Shown here: in pieces, positions 45,406 through 58,339 of the stretch
Numbering within the stretch: the stretch's first letter is position 1
Layout of the letters: each line of letters begins with the position of its first letter
Assembly: GCF_001194135.2 (NCBI RefSeq)
Contig: NC_068987.1
Coordinates: 19,284,210 to 19,348,209, forward strand
Origin: Octopus bimaculoides
Taxonomy: Eukaryota
DNA length: 64,000 bases
Direction: 5' to 3'
The notes under the pieces: model-generated
Told to the model about the DNA's origin: nothing
The model's database searches: none
What the model saw: the letters and a program-made list of their open reading frames with translations, nothing else
Position numbers and translations under genes: made by a program

Positions 45406-47541
45406 ATACATATGTACACACATACATACATACACACACATACATCTGTGAATACACAAGCACACTTGCATTCTGGCGCACACACATGAGCACATGTATA
45501 GAAAAAAAATGACTGATTATAATATGGAATGACTGTCTCCAAAAATTTATGTTCAAAGTAATTGATTGTATAAGTGGGTTGCAGTTTTAATTCCACATAG
45601 CTAAATGTTAGTAATACATACCAGGCCATCAGGGGAAAACAGCCCAATAAAGATTGCTGCCCTAGATTTTTCTTCCATATTCTATCTAAGCATTAGCTTT
45701 TATAGAATCCTTAAAACTGAGAAGATACATTACACACACACACACACTTTCTCACTGGTCTATAAATGTAAATACATACAGTCAAGCACTTAGCAGACAC
45801 TCACGTGAATGGACATGGGAAAATTAATAGTTTAACTCACAATGCCAAAATGTGCAAGAGAAAACGTGAGAAACTAAAACATAAAGAACAAAAGAAAAAA
45901 GCTGAGAGGTCACAACAGTAATGTAAAATTTCTGTTATTGTTATAAATAATATTTTATGCGCGCAATAATTTTTCCTCCTGTTTCTATGCACATGTGTGC
46001 GTGTATTCACACATGTACAACTAAATTTTTGGTAACTGAGGATCCAAGACCTTTAATCTGGAAAAAATTACAAGAGAACACTTAAATTTCCTGTCCCCAT
46101 TTTTAATAATCTTTACACTATTCAAGGCTTCACAACACACATTTTTATATTCTTTAATATACTATGAAAAGTTTGGTATTGAAAATGTTCGTAAAAACAG
46201 TGACAGTCTGCTAGGAATATACACCAAGCCATAATGTCTTCTGTTAATACAGCAAAATGGATAATCTGGCACAGGTCTAGAACCAAAAGTGCCAGAAAAT
46301 TGGTGGTGTACATGTGTGTGTATGTGTGAATGTCTGTGTGAATTAGACACACACAATATTAGCACTGAAAAGCAATCTGTATATCTTACTTTATGTGGAT
46401 ATACAATAGAAAGCAACAATAGTGTGGCATTCATCTTGAGAAAGGATTTCATATAGAGATATAGTGCTAAAAAGCACAGAAGTATAAGTAGCAGATGAAA
46501 AATTACCAATACTGGTGGTGGAATTATGAGATCACATGATTTCTGTGTACATAATCACCGCAGGCTTAGACAAATTTTCCCTGTACTAAGATTATATATA
46601 TATATATATATATAAATACATACACACACACACACATGATAAACCAACACATGCCAGTATGTAACATAGACATTAAGTTTTAATGATGAGGATTGTATGG
46701 TTAAGAGGTTTGCTTCAGAATCACATGGTTAGGGATTCAGTCCCAGTACATGTATCTTGTTGGTTTGCATTCTATACAACAGCCATGGGTTGACCAATAA
46801 CCTCTTTAGTGTAAATGGTAGACAGAAACTGTCATATGTCTACATATGTGAATGAGTTTGTATTTCCCCACTTGTCTTCAAGTGTATTTGCAGACCGTGT
46901 ATTCACATGTATTCACAACAGCATAACACACACATCATCATCATCATCGTTTAATGTCTGCATTCCATGCTGGCATGGGTTGGATGATTTGACAGGAGCC
47001 TGCACTAGACTTCTGTCTGCACCAGACTTCTGTATCTGTTTTGGCAGGGTTTTTATGGCTGGATGCCCTTCCTAACACCAAGTATCCAGTAGAGTGGACT
47101 ATTCATTTATAACACATATTCATTATAACTATTCTATACTAATATGAAATAAAATAGTCTTATAAAATTAGCTTATTCATTAAAGGCAAACACATATGTG
47201 CACACTTTAACCATTTAACACTTAAACCGGCCTTATCTGGCCCAAATATTCCATCTATTTTATGTTCAAACTAGCTAAATCTGGCTTCTTACACCTACCC
47301 AACAATGTCATTCTAAAACTTTAAATCTGCAAGACAATCCATGACGAATTCAAAACAATGTGACGAGATAAACATTACATTCGACAAAATAAGCTGAATG
47401 CTAAAGGTCAACTCTATAATGATATTTAACAGAGACAGTTTAATTTATGCCTCATTTTTATAATGAATTGAAAATTATTTACATATTGTCTAATATTGAT
47501 AGTTTTAGTTTAAGCAAGTAGTAGCTACTGTCCCGGTCCCT

Positions 47542-47643
47542 GCAAGAACTGTAAAAGTCATATAAAGAGATTTAGCCAACAAAATGAGAGTTAATAATGA
47601 GGAACTTACAATGCAGGTAGGGACCCATGAGGGCTCAGTTTTA
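47542..47643 (+). mobile_element. RTE reverse-transcriptase fragment
   Basis: ARTVKVI*RDLANKMRVNNEELTMQVGTHEGSVL resembles the RT GVHQGSVL motif. Confidence 0.65.
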
Positions 47644-47649
47644 TATATC

Positions 47650-48240
47650 GTCATAACCATTTAACGTCCACTTTCCATGCTGGCATGGATTGGACAGTTT
47701 GACAAAAGCTAACCAGCTGAATGTCTGCCCAGGCTCCATGTCTTGGCATGGTTTCTACGGCTGGATACCCTTCCTAACACCAACCACTTTACAGAGTGTA
47801 CTGGGTGCTTTTACGCAGCGCCAGTATGGGTGCTTTTTATATGGCCCCCAGCACTTATGAGCCCACAAGATTATAGATGCTCAGCTGGTGAGGGATGCAA
47901 AGGACAAGCCTGTATGCAAGGGCAACCATGCTTTTACTAAGCTTGACATGTCTTTTCAAACACAGCAAACCGCCAAGATTCTCGGTCTGCTATCATCCCC
48001 TCTGCAAGTCCCAAAGTTTATAGATCCTTTCTCACCACTTCGTCCCACATCTTTCTGGGTCAACCCCTTCTATATGTTCCCTCTACAATTAGAGATCAGC
48101 ACCTCTTGATGCCACTGTCTTCATTCATATGCATTACATGGCCATACCAGCGCAGTCCTTTCTCTTGCACACAACATCCGATGCTACGTATACCCAGTTT
48201 TTCCCTCAAATCACTTACACTGTCATATATGCACACTGAT
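47650..48240 (-). mobile_element. 5'-truncated RTE-clade LINE: ORF2 C-terminus plus 3'UTR
   Basis: Minus-strand translation LREKLGIRSIGCCVQEKGLRWYGHVMHMNEDSGIKRC*SLIVEGTYRRG*PRKMWDEVV...FAVFEKTCQA*, then a 3'UTR ending gcatggaaagtggacgttaaatgg. Confidence 0.85.
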
Positions 48241-49442
48241 ACTCCCCCACACTCACACACATATTACACACACATGTATACGAGTTCCAGTATTAGTAAA
48301 GTTTACCTATAATTTTTATTATCACTAAACAAGATGTACACATATGTGCATGCATATTCATGTACACTCACTAGATTCAAAACACACACACACACACAGA
48401 AGCACACATTTTTCATCAGCTGAGAATATTTTTGTGAAGTATTCCCAGTTAATAGAAGATTATAAATAAAGGATTATATGTGCTATTTTTTATATATTAG
48501 TGTTTTTTTTCATTTTTTTTTTATATAAATACATTGTGTGCACCACATGCAAAAGGATTGAGACAGGTGAGGAAATTCTGTGAATCTAATCTGACCAGTT
48601 TAAGCATTAACGATGATGATGATGATGATACATAAAATACCTTTTCAAAAAAGCAGTTTGACATCTACACGTGCACACACACACACACACACACACAGCT
48701 GTAGGATTGTCAAACAAAGAGAGCGACATAGTTAATAGTAATGTGAAAGCACGTAGCCCACCTGATTCAGCAGGTTATGCTTTTTCTTGTTGCTGTGGTG
48801 GTGGTGGTGGTGGTGGTAGCGAGTTTCATATTGTACTGTTTAGTTCAGATACCCTTGAAAATATTGGTCATAATTTTAGTGTAACTAAGACACAAGTAAC
48901 CTGTTGTAATAAAACCTACTTCAAGCTATAGTCACTGAAATTTCAACATGTATTCATTCATGCTGGCAAGATTTAAAGATTTAGACAGGTCTTCAATACA
49001 ACATCCCACAAAATTGTTTTTGTTTTTTATCACTTACTTAAGAGAAAAGAGAGGTTCTGTGTCAAAAGCTTGGCGATACCTGCTCAGGGGTCTATGCTTT
49101 AGCTTCATTACTATGACAACAGTCCAGATATTTATTGATCAAACCTTGTATGTTCATTTTCTGAATTTTATCAATAAAATCACATAATCACAATCTACTC
49201 CACTGAAAACCTATCACTACACAATTTCATAGAAAAATTTATGCTTTTCAATAAGTTAAAAAGAGACTTGTCCTGCACCTCCTAAGTTAAGTCTCTTCCT
49301 CTCTCTATTACTCTCTCCTCCTCCTCCTTCCATACAATGTAAAGTTTAACTGGAGAAATCAATCAATGTTTAAATTGGCTATTATCATACATGGAGATTT
49401 CCTAGAGGAAAAAAAAAACAACAAACAAAAAAAAAAACTTAC

Positions 49443-49574
49443 AAAAATCTAAGACAGCGAGAGCAGTCACTGCACTTCGGTGCCGATGGAGTAATGAATT
49501 GGTCTGATGTTTCATTCCAGCATTCTCCCAACAAATCACACTGCCATTCTCATGGCCAGTCAGTAACAGATTAC
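49443..49574 (-). CDS. F-box/WD40 protein exon 2
   Basis: tttctctttag|GTAATC ... GATTTTT|gtaagt; 132 nt, phase 1 to 1; GNLLLTGHENGSVICWE...LHRHRSAVTALAVLDF (WD40). Confidence 0.88.
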
Positions 49575-50016
49575 CTAAAGAGAAACATAAAATTACATTC
49601 ACAAAAGGAATTCTTTATATTATTGAGTTGAAACTCAATAATGAAAACAGGTGAATCGGATTACAAAATCAAAAGAAAAAAAAAAGAGATTAAATAAAAC
49701 AGATGCACGGGGGTGGGGGAATTTAGAAAAATAATGAAGGTGAACAAGACTAGAAAACTGATCTGTTGAACAATTATAGAAAACTGATACGTTGAAGCAA
49801 ATACAAAAATCAATCAATCAAAGGTTGATAGGATTGCAGAGTCTAGATGATCAGAAAAAGACACTGTGCTATTTGGTTAAGATGCTTTTTATATTTGGAG
49901 TTCAAATCCTGCTCAGTTCTTTTTAACCTTCCACCCACCCAAAATAAGTACAGTAATAAATCAATTTACGAGGGCCTGCTTTACAAGACCCAGGGTTTAT
50001 GAGTTTTATTTTTCAA

Positions 50017-50174
50017 ACTCTCGGAGTGGTTGGCGTTAGGAAGGGTATCCAGCTGTAGAAACTCTGCCAAATCAGATTGGAGCCTGATGTAGCCATCTGG
50101 TTCACCAGTCCTCAGTCAAATCATCCAACCCATGCTAGCAAGGAAAGCGGACGTTAAACGATGATGATGATGAT
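50017..50174 (+). mobile_element. RTE 3'UTR tail, (GAT)n end
   Basis: actctcggagtggttggcgttagg ... gcggacgttaaacgatgatgatgatga. Other tails at 28735-28870 (-), 37704-37754 (-), 43710-43764 (+), 46935-47082 (-), 52500-53240 (-) and 61340-61540 (+). Confidence 0.85.
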
Positions 50175-51067
50175 TCAAATTTTGAATGAAGTGCAAAAGT
50201 TTCTACTACCATAACAAATGCTTCTGCATGTTACTGAGAAATTCATAGAGAGCAAAATAAAGTTTCTAAGCAAACAACTCTAGACTTATTTTTTAAAAAG
50301 AAATCTACAAGTCTGTCTTGTCTACAAATGCTAGTGAATCGACAATTGCATCTCTAAGTGATAGTGTGTGTGAGTCTAGTGCGAGTGATTCAGAAAACCA
50401 TTATAATAATAATAATTTTTATTACAAATGATCTCGACATTCTTTTTACTTCACATTAAATATTCTTTACATTCTACAGATGTTTTATCGGTATTTATTT
50501 ACGAGTATGATAAATTTTATAGGCAAAATATTTTTTCTGGGAATGAATTACGATTTATAACATTGCTACTATGGGAAATTATTGCTCTGCTTTACGAGTT
50601 TTCGCTTTACAAGCGGTCTCTGGGAACAAATTTACTCGTATACCATGGCATTACTGTACCAGTAAAATAAATATTGGGACCAGTATAATCAACTGTATAA
50701 CATGTCCCCACCACTCACTCAAAAATGACTTTTAACTCATTTTATACCAATCCACCTTTGGTTCTATGATATAAATTACCCATTTTAAAGTGAGCCAAAT
50801 TAAAACCTTCCATCAAAATTACATGTAAATTTATATTCTCAACAACAGATTAATAAGGGCTAAGTTATTTTCTTAAAATTTATGTGCAATAAATTGCTTA
50901 TACTTTACAATACACAAAGTATTTTAAATGTTTTTTTTTATACAATTCATAATAATATTTAATTATAAAAATACAGAAGAATTTTTTTAATATATCCACT
51001 GAATGGTTATGGGGACTTAGGAATCAAAGGAGGTCTACAGGCGAAAAATGATTGAGAACCACTGCTC

Positions 51068-51270
51068 TAAGTGGTCACTTCAATTGCTAGAAATAACAGA
51101 TATTCTTCATATCACAGTCGACAGTCTTTAAGAAAAGATTATATATAGCGCAATCCAATATACACCATGTATGAGAAAAACATAGAAAAAAAAAAGACAG
51201 GATAATCATTGCTGGAATGTCTTTTCTTCTTGGTTTGCTAGATTAAGACTGACCTACGGTCAAACAACAA
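51068..51270 (+). mobile_element. Dispersed repeat family E (gctagaaatagcagccaaa core), probably an old SINE
   Basis: Core and (aac)n end recur at about 14845-14925 (-), 23700-23910, 30490-30570, 34380-34550, 56500-56640 (-) and 56876-57057. Confidence 0.6.
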
Positions 51271-52524
51271 TTAGCGTTTACTTTATGGACCTCTAACAGC
51301 TGAAAGATACATTATGTCTGGAGGGAAAATGCAGGAGTGATTTTGATGGTAGATTTGCATGATTAGGTAGGATTAACCTGAATTTAACCCTTTTAGCATT
51401 TAGTCCAGCCATGTGTGACCCAAATAATCTACTTGTTTTATGTTCAAACTGACCATGTCCAGCTTATCACACCTACACTACAATATCAGTATAAAATTAA
51501 ACAATCACATCAATGAAGTCTCGAATCCATGAGATAATGCATGATTAATTCAAAACAATGTGAATGAATAAGCATCGCATTTGATAGAGAAAGCTGACTG
51601 CTAAAGAGTTAAACACTTAAAACGAGTTAAACACTTAATAGTTACTACTAATATTTGTCAACAGAATATGAACTTACTGCCAAGATGTACCTATTACAGA
51701 AATATTCTCATCATAAACTGTCCCCAATCACAGGATTAACTTTTCTACTAATACTATAAGTGGCATTTAATCTCTAGATTTTGATAATGTTATGCCTACC
51801 ATTCTTATTTTAACATATAGGTCACAAACATCCATTGAACATAGCTATATCTTAAAACTATAACGTATAGATATTACTAACATGCACACACACCTTTCAT
51901 AAACGTCTTCTAAATACATCTACATCACAACCCTAAAACCATCAGTAACATTTCGGTGTTCTAGACATTTGCCTGCTCTGACCAGCTCCCAAACACACCC
52001 CACAACCCTTCCTCACATCTGTAACAACGTCTACACCACAACTTTCTCCCCAACATCTGTCACAACCATGTCTCTTACATTTAAGTTCAACCGTTTTTCA
52101 CATATCAGCCGCGACCGTTATTAACTGCCATAGCCATCTCAACATGTCAGTTGCACATATTTATACAATGGATTCCACTTAATTGCATAACTCTTTAAAA
52201 AGCGGATTCATTTTGCATCAAAATTGATCAGTTAATTGCATATGCAAATGACATTTTTAGTTAACTGCATGAAAGCTTTTCACTTTTTAATAAAGAAGTG
52301 GTCAAATCTGGCGTAAAACTAAGCATTTGGTTTGATCTCAATAAAGCAATTCTGGAAGATCCCATTTTCACAATGAGTTAAAATGGCAGTAGTCAGTATT
52401 TTAATGTTACAAGAATCAAATTACCCAAGTTATTCTTACCATTTCAACGAATGAAAAACTGCCAAAGTTTTGACTGCTCTGTATTTTTACTGTATGTAAT
52501 TCATCATCACCATCATTTAACGTC

Positions 52525-52698
52525 ATAGGCGCAGGAGTGGCTGTGTGGTAAGTAGCTTGCTTACCAACCACACGATTCTGGGTTCATTCCCACTGCGTGA
52601 CACCTTGGGCAAGTGTCTTCTACTATAGCCTTGGGTCGACCAAAGCCTTGTGAGTGGATTTGGTAGACGGAAACTGAAAGAAGCCCGTCGTATATATG

Positions 52699-52765
<67 letters not shown>

Positions 52766-52981
52766 ATATGTTTGTGTGTCTGTGTTTGTCGCCCCCAACA
52801 TCGCTTGACAACTGATGGTGGTGTGTTTATGTCCCCGTAACTTAGCGGTTCGGCAAAAGAGGGCGATAGAATAAGTACTAGGCTTACAAAGAATAAGTCC
52901 TGGGTTCGATTTGCTTGACTAAGGGTGGTGCTCCATCATGGCCGCAGTCAAATGACTGAAACAATTAAAAGAGTAAAAGAG
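52525..52981 (+). mobile_element. SINE family A, full-length young copy inserted in an RTE 3' tail
   Basis: ataggcgcaggagtggctgtgtggtaag ... gagtaaaagag; CpGs retained; long internal (TA)n. Confidence 0.93.
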
Positions 52982-53434
52982 TCCATTTTCCATGCTGGTA
53001 TGGATTGGACAGTTTGACAGGAGCTGGCCAGCTGAAGAAATGCCCAGGCTCCATGTCTGTTTTGGCATGGTCTCTACAGCTGGATGCCCTTCCTAATGCC
53101 AATCACTTAATAGAGTGTACTGTCACAAAGCACCAGCATGGGTGCTTTTTATGTGGCATCAGCACTCATGAGCCTGCAAGATTAAGGAATACTAGGATGG
53201 AGAGGGTTGCAGGGGACAAGCCTGTATGCAAGGACATGTAAAAAAAAAATTGTTCAATAAATTTTATTCCAGATGAAATTTGTGAAAAAAGACATACTTC
53301 AATCAAGCAGTGAATGGATGTTGTTTTCATTGACCGCAATTAACATGATCCACCTAATTAACTTGTCTTAATCAACAATATGTAATTCAAACTGTGTGGA
53401 AATCATTTCTTTCTTTCTTTCTTTCTTCATCCTT

Positions 53435-53680
53435 TTAAAGCTTAGCCAGGCTCATGGGCCCAGTTTCCCGGTTTCTATGGCGTATATGTGTTCCTCCTCC
53501 CCCTAGCCGGACGGGACGCCAGTCCATCGCAGTTTTACTCAAGAAACAGGAAGAAAGAGTGAGAGAAAGGTGGGGCAAAAGAGTACAACAGGGGTCGCCA
53601 CTACCCCCTGCTGGAGCCTTGTGAAGCTTTAAGTGTTTTCGCTCAATAAACACACACAACACCCGGTCTGGGAATCGGTG
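53435..53680 (-). mobile_element. SINE family D (tRNA head), tail type 1, head truncated
   Basis: gctttaagtgttttcgctcaataaaca ... ggtctgggaatcg shared with 60445-60803; tail contains ggacgggacgccagtccatcgcag. Confidence 0.7.
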
Positions 53681-53787
53681 GAAATCATTACCATGACATA
53701 GATGTATCTGGCTACACTGAGCAATTGAAGAATACTAAATAGAATAGGAAAACCTCATAGAGGATAAAAGAATCACCATAGTGATAC

Positions 53788-54100
53788 ATCATGGCCGTCA
53801 TTTTAATGCCCACTTTTCCATACTGGCATGAGCTGGATGGAATTTATTGAGGTAGATTTTCTATGTCTGGATACCCTTTCTGTCACCAAACCTCACCTGT
53901 TTCCAAGCAAGGTAATATTTCCCCATGACCAGACATGCTCACACAGACTAGTGGAAATCAATGACATTGCTTGTATGACGGTGACAAGCATTTTACAACT
54001 ATCACACAGTGTCAAGACAAGACACACACACACACACATACATACACACACACACACACATCAAGCTTCGGTCAGCCCAGACTATAGAAGACATTTGCCA
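53788..54100 (-). mobile_element. SINE family B copy
   Basis: cattttaatgcccacttttccatactggcatgagctggatgg ... gcttcggtcagcccagactatagaagacatttgcca. Confidence 0.7.
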
Positions 54101-54585
54101 AATATTGATACATATTAATATAAAAAAAATTACTTGGACTCGAGTAAATTACATCTACACAAAATATACCATAAATATAGAAAAACTATTTCTTGTTATA
54201 ATTATATTATCTATGCATGTATGATATAACCACAAGACCTTACTATCATCTGTTAGCAGTAATTTATCTTCATCCACATTACACAACTGCAGTCTCTTAG
54301 TTTATTGTAGACTAAGTGAATTTGGCTAATTCATTTTTACAATTATTTGTTTCAGCCAGAAGTTGTGATCATAATGAGGCGCCACCCTTTTTAAAAGTTA
54401 TTTAGGTCAATGTCCAATTGTATCAAACAGGCTGCTAACTGACAATTATTCATAGACACAATACCACAACTGCTGCTCTTTTGCGTCTTGTGTTTCTACA
54501 GAGGGTCAAATTGAACTTCCTTTGGCAACAAGGACTCCCATTTTCAAAGCAGCCAGCCAACCAAGCCTCCATGTAGCTGCATTAA

Positions 54586-54805
54586 CCCATTCGTTACTAA
54601 CCCAGCTGAAACCGGCTCTGGCTCCGAGTACAAATATCTTGTTTTCAAATGTTCTGAATTGAAATCTTCCACCAAAGCTTAGTCACAATTTATGTTCCTA
54701 ACACTAGCTTAATGATAACTAGGTTATTTTACTAAATACTTTGTTATATTTAAAGCAATTGAAAGAAACACAGAGCATCTCAAAATAAATACGGTAACAA
54801 AAGGG
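54586..54805. mobile_element. piggyBac-like MITE, family 1
   Basis: TTAA|cccattcgttac ... gtaacaaaaggg|TTAA; decayed siblings at about 30270-30462 and 50745-50880. Confidence 0.78.
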
Positions 54806-55247
54806 TTAAAGGAGCATACCAAAACCCAGCATAAAAATTTCAATCACTGAAACAGAATCAACTGCACTATTCCTTACTTCCTTTTCCCTGCCTCCCAGTG
54901 CTGTACTAAGCATTTTGCCCCTTCCTGCTACTTAAATTTATAATCTCCAAGAACACTTGTTCCCTCCATCATACATCAACCAAGAGAAATAGGGTTTCCG
55001 ATTGGCTAGTTCTTATGATTGCATGTTGTAACCATACCTGACTGTGACACCAGCAATCAGTACAACAGATTATCCATTATAGCACAAGTTGGATGAGTCT
55101 TCTATAACAGCATCTTTCCACTTGGGGTTCCTTGTCTACTCCTTTCAAGGTTCAACATTTTAGTATTCCTCTTCTCCAGGGTCTTATCAACTTGAATTTC
55201 TTGACACTTCACCCAATTGTAAAGCTGCACGCACAACATGTCCAGCC

Positions 55248-55997
55248 TGCGAAATGTTTTTTCCCATGAGAGTTCCTGACCCCAGTTACGAACTCATTTG
55301 CATACAGCCAATCAGAGCTCAACTATCAAACTAATTTATGAGTGCATAACAAGTGATGGGCGACAAGATAAGGTCACTTGGGTAAGGAATGACCATGCTT
55401 CTTTTCTCTTTTAAGAATGCTTCTTGTTCTTGTCTCAACCATGGCAGCTTCTATGTAGTTATTTGTGTTGTTTACTTTGTAAAACAGTAAGGGGAGAGGG
55501 CTGCTAGCACATCACCCTCTACCCACATTTTTCCCATCCACATCTTTACCATATGGGGCCTTAACCAAATCCAATAATAGGTATAGATGCAAATCTATCT
55601 AATCACTGGTCTCCTAAAATCAGGAATAACTTGGCGATGGGTCAACTTACAACATTGTTCCTCATCTTGAGTTTACTTGGTAGAATATATTTTACCAACA
55701 GATTGGTTGTTTTTAAAACACATTCACGAATGTTATGTTGGGCTTTGCGTTAAGGCATAATCTGAGAGCTGAACAGCACCTTTCCTTTCCCACTTTTCAA
55801 ACAATCTTTCAACGGTCTACAAGCACCAATGCAGTTTCTGCCACCACCAACCTTTCTCCTGGATGCTGCAGTTGGTTGCACACCAATTGCCAACCTTTGT
55901 TAACTTGACAACAAGGTCAAGGTGAGCTCTGATTGGCTGTATGCAAATGAGTTCATTACTGGGGTCTGGAACTCTCATGGGGAAAAAACATTTTGTG
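55248..55997. mobile_element. Long-TIR (about 74 bp) non-autonomous element, superfamily uncertain
   Basis: 55252-55321 is a near-perfect inverted repeat of 55923-55993; the direct repeat tccagcc flanks both ends. Confidence 0.75.
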
Positions 55998-56032
55998 TCC
56001 AGCCCAGCACACTGCAGCTGATTCCTCTAACA

Positions 56033-56369
56033 CAGTGGTTCTCAACTGGAGTCCATATGACATTTTTGGGGGTCCACATAACGAAATTGTAAACTAGGGG
56101 ATCCACAATAGTATTTTAAGGGCCCCTGAAAAAATTTTGCTTTAGATGTTATATATTGTTATGTATTGCAAGAAACAGCTAGATTATTTTCTTTAACATT
56201 TTACCTAGTTCAACTTACACAAGTTAATGTGTGAAAAACAAAATAGGAATTTGAAAAGAAGTTTCTATAAAACTAGTTTTTAAACATCGAATGGCTATGG
56301 GGATCCACCAGAATAAAATGGTAATCAATGAGGTCCATAGATAAAAAATACTATAGGCGAGAACCCCTG
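56033..56369. mobile_element. hAT-Charlie-like MITE
   Basis: TIR cagtggttctcaac / cgagaacccctg; 8-bp TSD ctctaaca/ctcttaca. Confidence 0.82.
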
Positions 56370-57599
56370 CTCTTACACAATGCTCTTAGGGAAAACAAAA
56401 ATGTCACACAATCACAATTTAGATTGTGACAACCCTTCTAACAGGTACTTCAGTTGCTTCCTCGGTCACAACACCTCCAATGATGATGATGTTTACCTTA
56501 GGGTACCCTGATCAAAAGCGTTCCAGGGTATGACCATCTATTTGTCTTTCCAGACAGTTTATTATGCATTATTCCTTTTTATAAAATGATAGGGTGTTTG
56601 AATGACATCTACATGCTTTATATAACATGCCAAGTTACACATGTAGAGGCTTCCTCGTATAATCATGGCTTTTTACAAACCAGGTTCAATTCTTGCTGAT
56701 GTTAACTTTACCTTTCATCCTTCGACATTGATCAATATATACCTGTCATCAACTACTGGAGTTGACACAGTAGGCTATACCGTATATTGAGTAATAAGCC
56801 TAAATTAGAAATTAATATTTTGGCATTAAATAAAAAATCTATTTTCTCATTAAGTCTAACTACCTACCAATATGTGCAACCCGTCAGGAATACTATGCGG
56901 TCAGTTGACCTGGTGAAATAGCAGCCAAAACTCCATCAACTCAAAACATATCTTAAAGATATACTACGACTAAATAAAAAAAACGAGGTGTAATGTTTGT
57001 AACATCTCTAATTACAGGTGTACTTGATCAGGACTGACTCGAGGCTAAACAATAACTATATTACTGACTCTTAATCTGTTTTCATCTAAAGTGCAGTTGA
57101 CATCGACACTATCTTTAGAGGCCAAGACATTCACACCTTTAAGTAAAGAAATGACACTTAGAGGCCCTTAATCGTTTTACTGTAGATTTTTAAACATCCG
57201 TCTATCTTTTTGCAATTTATTATGACTCTAATTTGAAAATTACAAAAAGTATGTATATAAATATGTTTTGTTTTTATTTGTAATTGTGTACACTTTTAAC
57301 CCATAAACTCAAACGAAAACAGCAATTTAAATTTTCAGAATGCAAGCAAAATATATTTATGCACATGAAATTGCAAACGAAATAAATTTATAGAAAAAGT
57401 AAGCTTTACAGTTGTAAATACCCTGAGGATAACTAGCTTTTATTATTATTATTAATAATAATTATTATTATTCTGAATTTGATGTTCAAAACACAATCTG
57501 GAAGATCGTTGAGAAGGAAAAAGAAAACATAATAAAGTTAGAAGTAGCGGGGGATCCAGACTGAAATGAATGTCTGCTTTTGTTAATGTAGTCTCACAC

Positions 57600-58330
57600 C
57601 TACTTTTCGGATGGTCACGACTAGAATGCTTTCAGCAGGATTACGGGAGGGCCTGAGGCGCGACGATAATAAACAGACGTAATTGAAAGGAAAGAGAAAT
57701 CATATCAAAATCAACTTACCATGGAACTTAACACATGTAGGTTTACCTCGGAACTTCGACTGTTTGACGGTTCGACGAAGGCAGTGCCATTGACGAAGAC
57801 ATCGGCTGCGACAATAAGCGATGTAAACCTCACGCCAGTATTGCCAGGGTAAGCGCACACTGAGTATTTTGTCCCTCATACGGGAGTCGCACTCCAGCAG
57901 GTTGTCCACATCTACCAGACCGGTCATTTGTTCGAGAGCAGGGGTGGGAATTTCGTACAAACAAAACGAGCACCACATGCTGACGTCCTGCGTTAATTCG
58001 TAAACAATTCGGTACCAGTACTTACAAACTTGACCCATACGGAAAAGCGTGGTGCCGTCCAATTTTAGGAAAATGATCCGAAGAACTTCCTCGGGGATGT
58101 CGCTCAACTCTGTCATTTTTGTTGTTGTTGTTTTAAATGTGTGAAATATATAAATATATACACGCCATCATTGATAATATATAGTACACGGTGTTGTTTT
58201 GGTGGTTAAGTGAAGAGTCGAAACTGACGTCTGTATATGTAAGAGAATGCGAAGAGATAGTGGGGAATAGCTTGGAAGTAATTACTGCCCATCTTCACTG
58301 CCGTGTCAATGGCGATAATATACTCCGAAG
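57600..58330. promoter_or_regulatory. CpG-rich promoter/first-exon region of the F-box gene, possibly bidirectional
   Basis: Dense CpG over exon 1; TATA-like aaatatataaatata near 58144; TGACGT at 58226. Confidence 0.5.
57720..58116 (-). CDS. F-box/WD40-repeat protein, exon 1 of 6 (F-box)
   Basis: ATG 58116; LSDIPEEVLRIIFLKLDGTTLFRMGQVCKYWYRIV is an F-box. Donor CATG|GTAAGT at 57719, phase 1. CpG-rich. Confidence 0.9.
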
Positions 58331-58339
58331 ATATCTGCC

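Noticed and set aside
47940-48240. In-frame TGA codons as selenocysteine or read-through
   Set aside because: They fall in a dead RTE at positions best explained by CGA to TGA decay; a TAA is also present.
52525-52600. tRNA genes at SINE heads (also 60740-60803)
   Set aside because: A/B boxes are present but there is no complete cloverleaf, and each continues into a SINE body.
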